Source: Paraspadella gotoi
Taxonomy: Eukaryota > Animalia > Chaetognatha
Assembly (NCBI GenBank): GCA_051294375.1
Contig: CM119270.1
Span: forward strand, 8,667,213 to 8,731,212
Direction of reading: 5' to 3'
DNA length: 64,000 nt
Positions 24,903-37,338 of this stretch are shown one piece after another. A program made the position numbers and the translations under genes. A model generated the notes under the pieces. The model was not told where the DNA came from, did no database searches, and saw only the letters and a list, made by a program, of their open reading frames with translations. The number at the start of each line of letters is the position of its first letter. Position 1 is the first letter of the stretch.

Positions 24903-27900
24903 CAGCGGTTCTTTTTAACATCGATTTAATACGGCATCGAGTGCACAACGAATGAGATGTCCGGGATATGTTTTCCGGACCTTTGGGCTACACAAAAAAA
25001 GAAGGGTAAACAAAATTTTTCCTAATGTACGCAGTTTTTTTATAAATTAATATTAAAATTAGCTATATAAAATCAACAAAGTAGAATAAAAAAAATTAAA
25101 CAATGGTTTAAGAATTTTTTAAAATAAAAATATCCTGCATCATCCATAATCTATGAACAATTTCCTTTCGTTTGCAGTCCATAACCATTATTCTAATCTT
25201 TAAATGTTTATTAGTATTATTTTTCTTTATTAAAAATATTTATTTTTAATTTTTTTTAAATAATTTAAATTAAAAAAAATGTATAACTATGCAAATGATT
25301 GAAAAAAAATTTTATATTATAAGGGACTTACCTACCTAATATAGGCCTTCAAATACATATATAGTAAGTTTATTATGATTATGTTTTGATATAGAAAATA
25401 AATAATTTAAATAATTAAATATATGAAAATATTTTATACTTGAATTTTTTTTAGCATAATAAAACATAATTTTTAATTAAATGTTCATGATGCTTTTATT
25501 AGCTACTGTCAGGTTGTATCCTTGTCAATTATATATAATTTTATAACTTTCTTTTTATTTTTTAGTAATATTGACCGCTATATTCTTATTTGACAAAATC
25601 TAAAAAATTACTGATATTAAAAATTTGTATGAACACCGAACAAAACTTTTTTTTTAAATCACATGCTATTTAATTTGTGGAGTGATATAATAATTTCCTT
25701 GGACAAAATTTAAGGTTTAAACAATCCTAACTAAGACATTTTTAAGGCGCAAAAGTAAGGTTGTTTAAAAAAAACCTGCAAGATGCAAAAGTAATAAAAA
25801 AAGTTATTCCTTGAATATCTTTATGAAAAAAAGAGGGAGCAAGGTGGGTGTGGTATCAAATTAAAGCCTAATCATGGGAACAACATTTTTCTAGAACAGT
25901 TTTGTTTAAATTTTATCCAAATATTTACACAGCTTTTTATATTTAAATACAAAGTTAAAAGTATAAACAGTTTTTTTGCATTACAAAATTTCAATGAAGG
26001 CTATATAAATTTTTTTTGTTTTTTCTTTTGTAAATTTGAAAAGACGGAAAGTCTGAATTACATTTTAAATTACAATTAAATTTCTCTATACTGTATAAAA
26101 TTTGCTTGTATTTTTTAGTTAACAGTAAAAAAACAAGCAAAAAATTTTTTTAGTAGCTTGATAAAATGTTTTATTAAATATAAAAAATTGATAAATAAAA
26201 AATGTTTTCAGCTTTAATATAACAGTTTGACGTCTACCTTCTTGTCTGTTGAAAAAAAATATCATTTTTCATTATCTTTCAACTGCTAAAAAAGCTTGAT
26301 ATACAGGCTTGTTTATCATAATTAAAAATTTTAAAAAATTACTTAACTGCTGACATGATTTGACAAAGCAGCAGAATCATTGTGTTGAATTGTATGTGCT
26401 AATTTTCTTTAAATATAAGCAACGCTTTATAAAGGGAATTTAATTCTATTTTTATCATCCATTTGTTAATTAAGAAAAAAAAATTCGCGAAAGGGGTTCA
26501 TTGACTGACTTATATGATTGCATTTTTTAGGTTTCCTTTACTGCCCCATTACGAAGGACATAAAAGGTCATTATTATGCAATGTCACTATGACAGATTAT
26601 GCTTCTACCCTTTATGCCACCTGCATTCTGAATTTTTCTTTTTTTGCCTTTCCATGGTATTAAGATAAAAAAAATTATTTTGAGAGATCGATCAGCATGG
26701 GGAATTATCGTTGGTAAGCTTAGTTAACCCACTCCGATCAAATTTTTAAAAGCAGGTTTTTTTTTCATCTATTCTAGACATTCACTCTATATTGGTAGCT
26801 ATTTATTTTTAATTTTTTATATTCTCTTTCGCGTAATCAAAGAAACATTTTTCGTGTCAATTATAGAAAAAAGTAAAACGTTTTCAAAAATTAAAAAATG
26901 CTAATAGAGAATGCACTATACTTAACAAATATACTGGATGTTTAATATGTATTAGAACTTTGATGCCCACTCAAATAAAAAAAACTGTAATATACCTGCT
27001 TTTCTGTCATAATAAAAGAGGCTACTGCATTAAGTTAAAACGCTACTAACCTACTAAGCTAGTACATTTGACAACCTTAAAATGTCTAGTTGGATTGTTT
27101 AAAGTTTTTTAATTTTGTCCAGAATAATATTATATCAGTTTTAAAAAATTAAATAGCATGTGATTTAAAAAAAAGTTTTTGTCTGTTTCAATAAAATAAT
27201 TTTTAAATATCAGTAATTTTTGGATTTTGTCAAAAGTAATGTAAATATAGCAGTCAGATTACTAAAAATAAAAGAAGTTATATAAAATTTTATAATTGAC
27301 AGGAATACAACTGACCAGCAAATATTAAGCTCATGAACAATTAATTAAAAATTATGTTTATTATGCTAAAAAAATATTCAAAAGTTTATAAATTTTTTCC
27401 TTATTTTTAATTGAAATTTAAATTTTTAATTTTCTTATCAAAACATAATCATATAAACTTACTATATATGTATTTGAAGGCCTATTATTAGTATGGTAAG
27501 TGCCCTTATAATATAAAATTTTTTCAATCATTTGGCATAGTTATAATTTTTTTAATTTAAATTATTTGAAAAAAAATTAAAATAATATTTTATAAGAAAT
27601 AAATTAATTACAATAAACTTTAAAGATAGAATAATGATTATGGACTCAAAACGAAAGAAAATTGGTTCATAGATTATGGATGATGCATGAATTTTTGATT
27701 TTAAAAAAATTTAAACCATTTTTTAAATTTTTTTTATTCTACTTTGTTGATTTTATATAGCTAATTTTAATATTAATTTATAAAAAACTGTCATTAGTAA
27801 AAAATTTGTTTACCCTCTTTTTGTGTAAAGCCCAAAGGTCCGAAAGCATTATCCCGGGACATCTCATTTCTTGTGCACTCGATTGCCGATTAATCGATGT

Positions 27901-27915
27901 AAAAAGGAACCGGTG
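24903..27915. mobile_element. non-autonomous foldback DNA transposon (duplicate copy)
   Basis: Same long TIRs as 34384-37338. Confidence 0.85.
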
Positions 27916-29994
27916 ATCGTATTAAGTCAGAGAAATTGAAGTTAAACTTTCTGAAGGTATAAAAGTTAAGCTTTAAAAAATTGAAAAAAAAGGTTATGTT
28001 CCATGGTTAATTTATATTTTACCCCTTATTATTTAATTACTTTTACTGTTAATTATTGTAACCTTATTTTTTTTCAAATTAAAAAAAAAACCTGATTTTA
28101 AAACCATTTGTTTTTCTCGCAATCATCGTCCCTTCTGGCGTTAATTTTCGCTAAACAATTTAAACAAAAATAAGTACGTATTAACAAACATGTATTCTTT
28201 TTGTACGGAAGTTAAGCTTTAAAGTTGCAAAATAAATTTATAGTTTTGTAAATTCATATTTCGCAGGTTCAGTTTAACATTCTTCGAGAAATTTCAACAA
28301 TGAAATTCTACTTTTCTCAGTAAGTGCGTAGCAACGATGTGAAAACTTAGGCACTAACAATCAGGTCCTCTCCAATGACTTAAAATATACTCATATAAAT
28401 GTATTTCGTCCAATATTACTAAATTAATAAAAAGCCCTGCAGCTTTTTTACTCTCCAAAACTCCGTTTCATGTGCACTCCCAGCTTTCGTCTTTCCTCCA
28501 AACGACGATTTTTTAGTTTCTTTTTCGTTTCTGTAACCATTGTGTGACGGTAATGTAAATCTCTTCCTCTCTCGTCCCTTCGCTCTTCCTCCTCCTATCA
28601 AAAACTAGGGTGAACGATCTTTCCTCTTCCTCCATCTTCGCCGACATGGTTTACTGGGGCCGGCGCATGAACCGAAGTACAACATCCGGCCTGATATCCG
28701 TGCGTAATCTTCCTCCGCCTCAAGTAAGGATCCGAGTGTAAAGTAGTTCGATATTTTTTTTTTATTTATAAAATTTGTAAGAGAAATGCGTTGCGACTTC
28801 TGCGAGAAATCCAACTTAGAAAATAAACATTTTTAGCATTAAAAATATGGGTCGATCCTTATTTGCTTGTCCATCGTTTTTGTTGAAAAAACAATTACGG
28901 AATAAAGAGAGAAAAAAAAAGTTCTCTCTGCTCCCTCTCTCTTTTTCATTTGCAGGTTTTTTGACCTGGATACGACCCGGGCAGAGCTAGAGGGAGAAAC
29001 TAGTCGAATTGGCTCCGCGCTAATCGATTCCGACCTCTCTCTCTCTTTCTCTCTCTCTCTGCTGCTCTCTCTTCTCTCGTCTCCTCTTCCTCTCTCTCTC
29101 TCTCTCTTCTCTCTTCCCTCTTCCCTTTCTTCCTTTTTTCTCCTAAATTCTTTTTCTCTCTCTCGAGTCCACTTGCTGCTAGCTCGAAGGCCCTTGCTCT
29201 CTCTGTTTTCTATTCTCTCTCTATTTTCTTCCTTGTTGCTTGTAATGGAGAACACAATACGTACAAAATGGACCATTCAACGATAGCGCGATTTTGGCTT
29301 TGTACTGGGAAAATGTCAACAAACAGCGCACATTTACAAAATAGCGTTCATGCGTCACAAATTATATTCGGCTCTTAATTAAATCTTATTATGCAAATTT
29401 GATGTGTTTTACGGCAATTTTTTCTTTCTTTCTTTCTTTCTTTCTCTCTTTCTTTCTTTCTTCCTTTCTTTCTTTCTTTCTTTTCTTTTTTCTTTCTTTC
29501 TTCTTTCTTTTCTTTCTTTTGTGTTTACGCTCCTTGATTTAACTTTTTACGCGCTTTTCGTATGTCTCACCCTCTTATTCTTTTTTTTAACTCCTCTCCA
29601 CCAAATCAAATCAAATTAAATTGGCTACATTTTATTTCCGATATCGCCAGCTTCTTGAACGTAAACANNNNNNNNNNNNNNNNNNNNNNNNNGAGAGAGA
29701 GAGAGAGAGAGAGAGAGACTAGAATGAAGAGTTAGAGAAAGAAAGAGAGAAATAAAGAAAATGATTGTAGAAGAAAAACAATATTAATGCCAGTCAAATT
29801 TATTTATTTCTTGATTTTAGTCAAAATATATCGGTTTTACTAGTTTCCATGTTTTTTCTTCGTTTTGTTTTGTTTTATTTCTGTTGAAACTGAATCTCCA
29901 TTTTTATTTTTCTTGTTTAGTTTTTTTTTTTTTTTTTTCCTGAATGTTGTTCGGGAACAAAACTTCCTCGAGTCTCATTTCCTTCATCCTCCTC

Positions 29995-30081
<87 letters not shown>

Positions 30082-30370
30082 CTATTTCCAGGATCTTTCG
30101 ACCGACGAGAGGAGAAAGGTTTACTTAGGGAGAAGGAAGAGGAAGAGGAGAAAATTATTGGAACGAGAAATATTCTAAAAAGTAAAGGGTAAACGAGGAA
30201 AACGACGACGATAACAACTCTGACGATATTAACGACGACAATCAATACCAACACCGACGAAGACGACGACGACGAGGACGACGACGATGACAACGACGAA
30301 GACACAGCCAACCGTTTCCTCGTTTTGATCGTCCACGAAAAATCGCACGAAAGTTCTTTCTTTCTTTCTT

Positions 30371-30426
<56 letters not shown>

Positions 30427-31557
30427 CCTCTCGCAAAGAAAACAATAACTTTCTTTTCCGGTAAATCAGTTCCGATTTCCATGTGGCATCGCGCCATGTG
30501 GCACTCACTATCACCCTAATTGTTCAGTTAATAGTGTATGATATTTATTTATTACCTCTTTGCTCTATGGCTTTAGTTTTCTGTTTTGCTGCTTATTTTT
30601 ACACTGGTAAACATTATGATTATCCTTACTGCGACTACAATTTTTTTTTAAATATGATTTTTTTATTAACATTATTTTCTGGGAAAAGAAACTTTTTATA
30701 TATTTAAATTAATTCATTGGATTGCAAATGTGGAACCGGAGAATTGAAATCCAATACCATGAAAAATGAACATATATTATAATGACATGATTACATTTTC
30801 TGATACCATCTCTTCAAGATCATAGGTTGTTTCTGTAAGTGTAACCCAAATTCAGTCAAACCAGAATCGTGAGTGTTCATTTGTTTAAACTCCCAGTTTT
30901 ACACTAAAGTTTCCAGATAGAGCTAACCTTAAAGGGATAAAGAAACAAATGCTAATTTTTTTTATAGAAAACAGTAATCGTTCGAATAACAGCACAACTT
31001 TTTCATAAAGCAAATGTAATATATGTAGTATGAAACTATGTCTATGGCTTATAAAATTGGTACAACCAATATAAAAATTATCCATTCATTTAATAAATAA
31101 GCTATAAATAAGCTTTCAATCAAGACTCTCCACAGTCTCGTTTATTCACTCCCAGAGTACCCGGCTTCCTTATCAAAGAAGTAGCATAAAATCTCACAGA
31201 ATGTTTCAATCGTATTTACTTACATGCTAGAGCGGAGTACAATATAGTATTCCCCGATCTAATACTTAAGGGAGTGGTCTTTTCATACAATTGAAACATT
31301 CTTTGAAACAATACACTACTTCATTGATAGGGAAGCCAGGGTACTCTGGGAGTGAAATAAACGAGACTGTGAGAAAGTCTTAATTGAAAGCTTGCAGGGA
31401 ACTGCTATGTCATTATCTTGTAAGAGTGATGGAGGCCTTAAACCACCAAAGTCAGGGGCAAGATAGCTTGTTTATTAAATTGATAATTTTTATATTGGTT
31501 TGTAGTCGGGCATAGCAAAGTTCACCCCGCCTCTAAGCATTAAATCCTTCAGTTGTA

Positions 31558-31627
31558 ACCCGGTGGCTCATTGAGTAAAGCCATCAGCTCATGACCACTA
31601 GGTACCGGGTTCAATCCCAACCCGGTA
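31558..31627 (+). promoter_or_regulatory. tRNA-derived internal Pol III promoter (A box TGGCTCATTGAG, B box GGTTCAATCCC)
   Basis: Resembles tRNA-Lys/Met scaffolds (CCCGG..GCTCA..GTAAAGC..CATCAG CTCATGA..GGGTTCAATCCC). Acceptor and anticodon stems do not pair, so it is not a functional tRNA. Second copy at 22091-22159. Confidence 0.7.
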
Positions 31628-31635
31628 CCTACTCT

Positions 31636-31714
31636 GCGGGAAGTGTGAGGACGGCCGTAAGCCGCCTTGGGGGCGTGGAAAACTCTCAAGCCTGGTTCCA
31701 AGCCCAGGACCCGT
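31636..31714 (+). ncRNA. twister ribozyme, P5-type circular permutation
   Basis: P5 GCGGG/CCCGT; GA-GGA; short P1 CGGCCG; U^AA; GC (T2); P3 CTTGGGGG/CTCTCAAG; P4 CCTGG/CCAGG with loop TTCCAAGC; T1 UCC:GGA. P2 is imperfect. Predicted cut between 31658 and 31659. Confidence 0.75.
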
Positions 31715-31845
31715 TCCATAGCTGCTAGAGGGGTAAAGAAGTATGGATAGTCATCTTCAGCCCACTTAGCGCCTTATCCACAGGTTGTACCAATTTTATA
31801 CATATATTCAATTATTCATGTTATACCAAAACATTTGATTTACAA

Positions 31846-33651
31846 CTAATTGAGAAAGATTTTTTGCCTCCTGGAAATTCTCATTCGACAAATGTGACAC
31901 GTCTCGATCTGATTCATGCAGGTCTCACAACCCGTGTGACCACAAGACAAGACGATATCCATAGGATTTTCCAAACATATTTTACATTGTTCGCCTTCCG
32001 CCTCGCTCGGGCGACTTTCTAGCTCCGCCTTTTCTCGTTGAAGAGTGTCTATCGTCTTGGCTTGGTTGCTGATTTCGAGTTCATTGAGTTCTATCTTCTC
32101 TTTCAGGTAATCGATGGTGTCGTTGATGTGACGAGCTTCTTGTCCTTCTTCTTCCGTCCTTTCTTCATTGTCAAAAATCCTCTGATGAAGACTTAACATT
32201 TCTTCCTCCATTTCTTCCTTTTGATTCATCAATATCTCCAGCTCTCTTTTCAATTTATCCGTTTCTTCTTTTTGCATGGAAATATCTCGGCTCATCTTTT
32301 CATTGTCCCTTTCTAACAAACGTTTTTCTCCAGTTAAAACGATATTTTTCGATTTAATATTTTCGAAGTTTATCTTGAAATTTTCTTCATTCTCTTTAGC
32401 TCGTCTTGATTCCTGGTGCATGTTTTTGTTTTCATTAAACAGAGAAGTTATTTTCTTTTCCAAGTTCTCGATTACCTCTTCGTACTCTTTTTCTTTATCA
32501 AGATATTTAGAACGATTATCCTCTAATTGTTTTTTCAAATTATCATTCATTACTTGAACTTTTCCCGATTCCTCTTTATGTTGAATGGCGAGCTCTTGGC
32601 TGCATCGCACCGCATTGTGCAGAGTTAATATTTCACTAACCATTCTCTCACGTTCCTCTTGCAAAACTTCTAATTCGTGTTTCAGGTTCGAATTTTCCTT
32701 CTCGTGTTTCTTCTTCAACTCTTGCAGTTCGAGAGACTTTGTTTCCATTTCTTGCTGATGTTTAGCCGCCAAAGAGTTTTTTTCTGACTGCAAAGATCGA
32801 AACTCTCTTTCAAATTTTTCTTGCTGCGTCGCTTTTTCGTCTTTAAGACGTTCCGTTTCTCTCAACAATGTCTCCACTTTGACCCCAGCCTCCTCCTTTA
32901 ATTTTCCGTTTTCTTGTTTAAGACCTTTGATCTTTTCGTCTTTCTTGCGCACAATGTACTGATGATCTTTTTCGATATCCTTCGCTTTCTCTTCCAACTC
33001 TTTCACTTTTTTGTTGAGCTCTTCGTTTTCTCGATCGATCTCCCGTTTTTTCGTCCTCAAAATTTCAATTTCTTCTTGAAATTTTAGATATTTTTGGCTC
33101 GATTCCTCTTGATATTTATCGATCTTTTCGTTCATTCCCACCTGAATGTCCATATTTTCCTTTGTTAATCTATCGATTTGTTCGCGTAGTTTTTCAATCT
33201 TTTCTGCGTGCATCAGTAGTTTTCGCATTGAATCTAAGTTGTTTTCGAAAGACGAATCTCCTGTTTTGAAAATAGCACAAATTGACAAAGATTAAAAATC
33301 CTCTTGCAGGCGTGAAAAATAAAATATCAATGCTAATCAAATTAAATATATATTTATAGTTAATATAGAATTTTAAATAAAAAGAATTAACAACGCACCA
33401 GTAGGGGACCTAGGGGTATTTGTAAAGGATTGGTGCGACAATTCCAGGCTTTCAACCGTCGGAGAAACATATTGAAACTTGGAAGCCTCGAATGACGGCG
33501 TCTTCTCCGGCGGCGTCCTTGCCGACGGTGTCTTTTCCGGCAGCGTCTTCTCCGGCGGCGTCGAGAAGCCCCAATCTGACACTTTCGGTCGCCGTCCGCG
33601 TCCTCGACCGACGCTTCGAGCCACAGCATCACCTCCGATCTCCATGGCCAT
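31846..33651 (-). CDS. coiled-coil protein with C-terminal C3HC4 RING (IAP/Neuralized/MIB-like E3 ligase); exons ~33399-33651(+) and 31846-33260
   Basis: About 420 aa of E/K-rich heptads, then CKICLENPMDIVLSCGHTGCETCMNQIETCHICRMRISRRQKIFLN*. The phase-1 intron 33261-33398 (GTGCGT..AACAG) joins the two ORFs in frame. Further 5' exons are possible. Confidence 0.85.
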
Positions 33652-34383
33652 CGTTCTGATTTTGCGCTGACAACTGGTAAAAGGTTCATTAACAAGTTTT
33701 TTAAATAAATTGTATGATCAATAACTACATTATTTCTTCCTTTTATTTAGCGGATTGTAGTACTAGTACATACATGAGAGGTAGAAAGAAATAATATTGA
33801 GCAGTAGTCAGAAAGAAAAGATATCAAAATAAATGCCGTAATACTAATTTAAAACGATATGGCACACAAACTGCGCTCATCAGGCGTATTCCGTTGATTT
33901 TTTTTCAATGAATGAAAACAGTTAGGGTGAAAAAAAATCACTTTTTTGTTCGCGAAAGTCAACATTCTCTAGTCGAAAGGGAAAAGCAGTTTAGGAAGTA
34001 ACATTGTCAGAAATGAATTGCTTTTTACACAACTTGTCCTGTTCGAGCAGCTGGAAAAAGTTGTCGAGCAAGTCGTGTTCTGCCTCATGCGCTCATTTCT
34101 TTTTTTCTTAATTATTTTTAATGATTTAGGCAAAATGTTGTGAATGGTAGTTGGTTGCGTATAGCGTCGGCTACAACAGCGGCTTTAGTGGTGGAGCAAT
34201 GTTTCACTTCCTGGTTCTAAGTTATCCCTCGCATTTGCTACTTTATCTTAATGTAAATAAAAATTGGTTAAGGCCCCAGGGCCAGGGACCTCATTTTAGT
34301 TCGGCAATATGCATTTTAAAACAATATTTTAGTAAATCCTTGTGAAAAATTAATTGTTGAACTAAAAAGAAGTATTTCTTCGT

Positions 34384-37338
34384 CACGGTTCCTTTTTACA
34401 TCGATTTAATCGGCATCGAGTGCACAAGAATGAGATGTCCCGGGATATGTTTCCGGACCTTTGGGCTACACAAAAAGAGGGTAAACAAATTTTTCCTAAT
34501 GACAGTTTTTTTATAAATTAATATTAAAATTAGCTATATAAAATCAACAAAGTAGAATAAAAAAAATTAAAAAATGGTTTAAATTTTTTTAAAATAAAAA
34601 TATCCTGCATCATCCATAATCTATGAACAATTTCCTTTCGTTTGAGTCCATAACCATTATTCTATCTTTAATTGTTTATTAGTAATTAATTTTTCTTTAT
34701 TAAAATATTATTTTAATTTTTTTTTCAAAATAATTTAAATTAAAAAAAATTATAACTATGCAAATGATTGAAAAAAAATTTTATATTATAAGGGACTTAC
34801 CTACCTAATAAGGCCTTCAAATACATATATAGTAAGTTTATTATGATTATGTTTTGATATAGAAAATAAATAATTTAAATAATTAAATATATGAAAAAAA
34901 TTATAATTTGAATTTTTTTTAGCATAATAAACATAATTTTTAATTAATTGTTCATGATGCTTTTATTAGCTACTGGTCAGTTGTATCCTTGTCAATTATA
35001 ATAATTTTATAACTTCTTTTATTTTTAGTAATATTGACCGCTATATTTACTTACTTTTGACAAATCTAAAAATTACTGATATTAAAAATTATGTATGAAA
35101 CAGACAAAAAACTTTTTTTTTAAATCACATGCTATTTAATTTTGTGGAGTGATATAATATTATCCTTGGACAAATTTAAAAGGTTTTAAACAATCCCAAC
35201 TAGACATTTTTAAGGCAAAAGTAAGGTTGTTTAAAAAAAACTGCAAGATGCAAAAAGTAATAAAAAAAGTTATTTTCTTGAATATCTTTTGAAAAAAAAG
35301 AGGGAGCAAGGTGGGTGTGGTATCAAATTAAAGCCCTAATCATGGGACACATTTCTAGAACAGTTTTGTTAAATTTTATCCATAAATATTTATACAGCTT
35401 TTTATTTAAATACAAGTTAAAAGTATAACAGTTTTTGTGCATTACAAATTTCAATGAAGGCATATAAATTTTTTTGTTTTTCTTTTGTAAATTGAAAGAG
35501 GAAAGTCTGAATTACATTTTAATTACCATTAAATTTTCTCTACTGTATAAATTTGCTTGTATTTTTTAGTTAAAGTAAAAAACAAGCAAAAATTTTGTAG
35601 TAGCTTGATAAATGTTTTTTTTTAAATATAAAAATTGATAAATAAAAAAATGTTTTCAGCTTTATATAAACAGTCTGGACGTCTACCTTCTTGTCTGTGA
35701 AAAAATAATCATTTTTTCATTATCTTCAACTGCTAAGAAAAAGCTTGATATACAGCTTGTTTATCATAATAAAATTTTAAAAATTATTTAACTGCTGACA
35801 TATTTGACAAAGCAAGACATCATTGTGTTGAATTGTATTGCTAATTTTCTTTTAAATATAACAACCTTTTATAAGGGAATTTAATTCTATTATTTATCAT
35901 CCATTTAATTAAGAAAAAAAATTCGCGGAAAGGGTTCATTGACTGACTTAATGATTGCATTTTTTAGGTTTCTTTACTGCCCCATTACGAAGGACATAAA
36001 AGGTCATTATTATCATGTCACTATGTACAGATTATCTCTACCCTTTATGCCACCTGCATTCTGAATTTTCTTTTTTTCCCTTTCAATGGTATTAAATAAA
36101 AAAAATTATTTGAGAGATCGATCAGCATGGAGGATATCGTTGGTAGCCTTAGTTAACCCACTTCCCGATCAAAATTTTTCAAGGTTTTTTTTTCATCTAT
36201 TCTAGACATTACTCTAACTATTGGTACTATTTATTTTTAATTTTTTATCATTCTCTTTCGCGTAATCAAAGAAACATTTTTCGTGTCAAAAAAATTATAG
36301 AAAAAAGAGTAAAACGTTTTCAAAAATTAAAAAATCTATAGAGGAATCTACTATACTAAACAAATATACTGATGTTAATATGTATTAGAACTTTGATGCC
36401 ACTCCAAATAAAAAAAACTGTAAATATACTGCTTTTTCTGTCATAATAAAAGAGGCTACTGCATTAAGTTAAAACCTACTAACCTACTAAGCAGTACATT
36501 TGACAACCTTAAAATGTCTAGTTGGGATTGTTTAAAAACTTTTTAAATTTTTGTCCAAGATAATATTATATCAGTTCAAAAAATTAAATAGCATGTGATT
36601 TAAAAAAAAGTTTTTTCTGTTTCATAAATAATTTTTTAATATCAGTAATTTTTGGATTTTGTCAAAAGTAAGTAAATATAGCAGTCAGAATTACTAAAAA
36701 TAAAAGAAGTTATAAAATTATTATAATTGACAAGGATACAACTGACCAGCAGCTATTAAAAGCATCATGAACAATTAATTAAAAATTATGTTTATTATGC
36801 TAAAAAAAAATTCAAAGTTATAAATTTTTTCATATATTTAATTATTTAAATTATTTATTTTCTATATCAAAACATAATCATAATAAACTTACTATATATG
36901 TATTTGAAGGCCTATATTAGGTAGGTAAGTCCCTTATAATATAAAAATTTTTTTAAATCATTTGGCATAGTTATAATTTTTTTTAATTTAAATTATTTGA
37001 AAAAAAATTAAAATAATATTTTAATAAAGAAAAATTAATTACAAATAAACTATTAAAGATAGAATAATGATTATGGACTCAAACGAAAGAAAATTGTTCA
37101 TAGATTATGGATGATGCATGATATTTTTATTTTAAAAAAAATTTAAACCATTTTTAATTTTTTTTATTCTACTTTGTTGATTTTATATAGCTAATTTTAA
37201 TATTAATTTATAAAAAAACTGTCATTATAAAAATTTGTTTACCTCTTTTTGTGTAGCCCAAAGGTCCGGAAACATATCCCGGGACATCTCATTCTTGTGC
37301 ACTCGATGCCGATTAAATCGATGTAAAAAGGAACCGTG
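34384..37338. mobile_element. non-autonomous foldback DNA transposon, ~830-bp TIRs, CACGG...CCGTG ends (Transib/Chapaev-like)
   Basis: 34384-~35215 is the reverse complement of ~36506-37338. Flanks TTCGT / ATCGT resemble a 5-bp TSD with one mismatch. The ~1.3 kb AT-rich core has no long ORF. Confidence 0.85.

Larger units (their letters stand above)
20237..29667. repeat. segmental duplicate copy 1 (~9.4 kb) of 29693-39634
   Basis: Same sequence order from GAGACTAGAATGAAGAG to GATATCGCCAGCT..GAACGTAAA; many single-base indels relative to copy 2. Confidence 0.95.
31501..31782 (+). mobile_element. solo-LTR-like element family 1 (282 bp; tRNA-like segment plus twister fold)
   Basis: TGT...ACA termini with a perfect 4-bp TSD GGTT (31497-31500 / 31783-31786). 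Removing it restores the host motif TATATTGGTTGTACCAATTT. Confidence 0.85.
31050..31800. mobile_element. inverted pair of the 330-bp repeat family (MITE/foldback-like), interrupted by a solo LTR
   Basis: Left arm is in the same orientation as the 4191 array and the right arm is reverse-complemented. Terminal inverted ends are TATAAAATTGGTACAACC / GGTTGTACCAATTTTATA. Confidence 0.72.

Noticed and set aside
31558-31627. Functional tRNA-Met(CAT) gene
   Set aside because: Acceptor and anticodon stems do not pair; it lies inside an LTR-like insertion.
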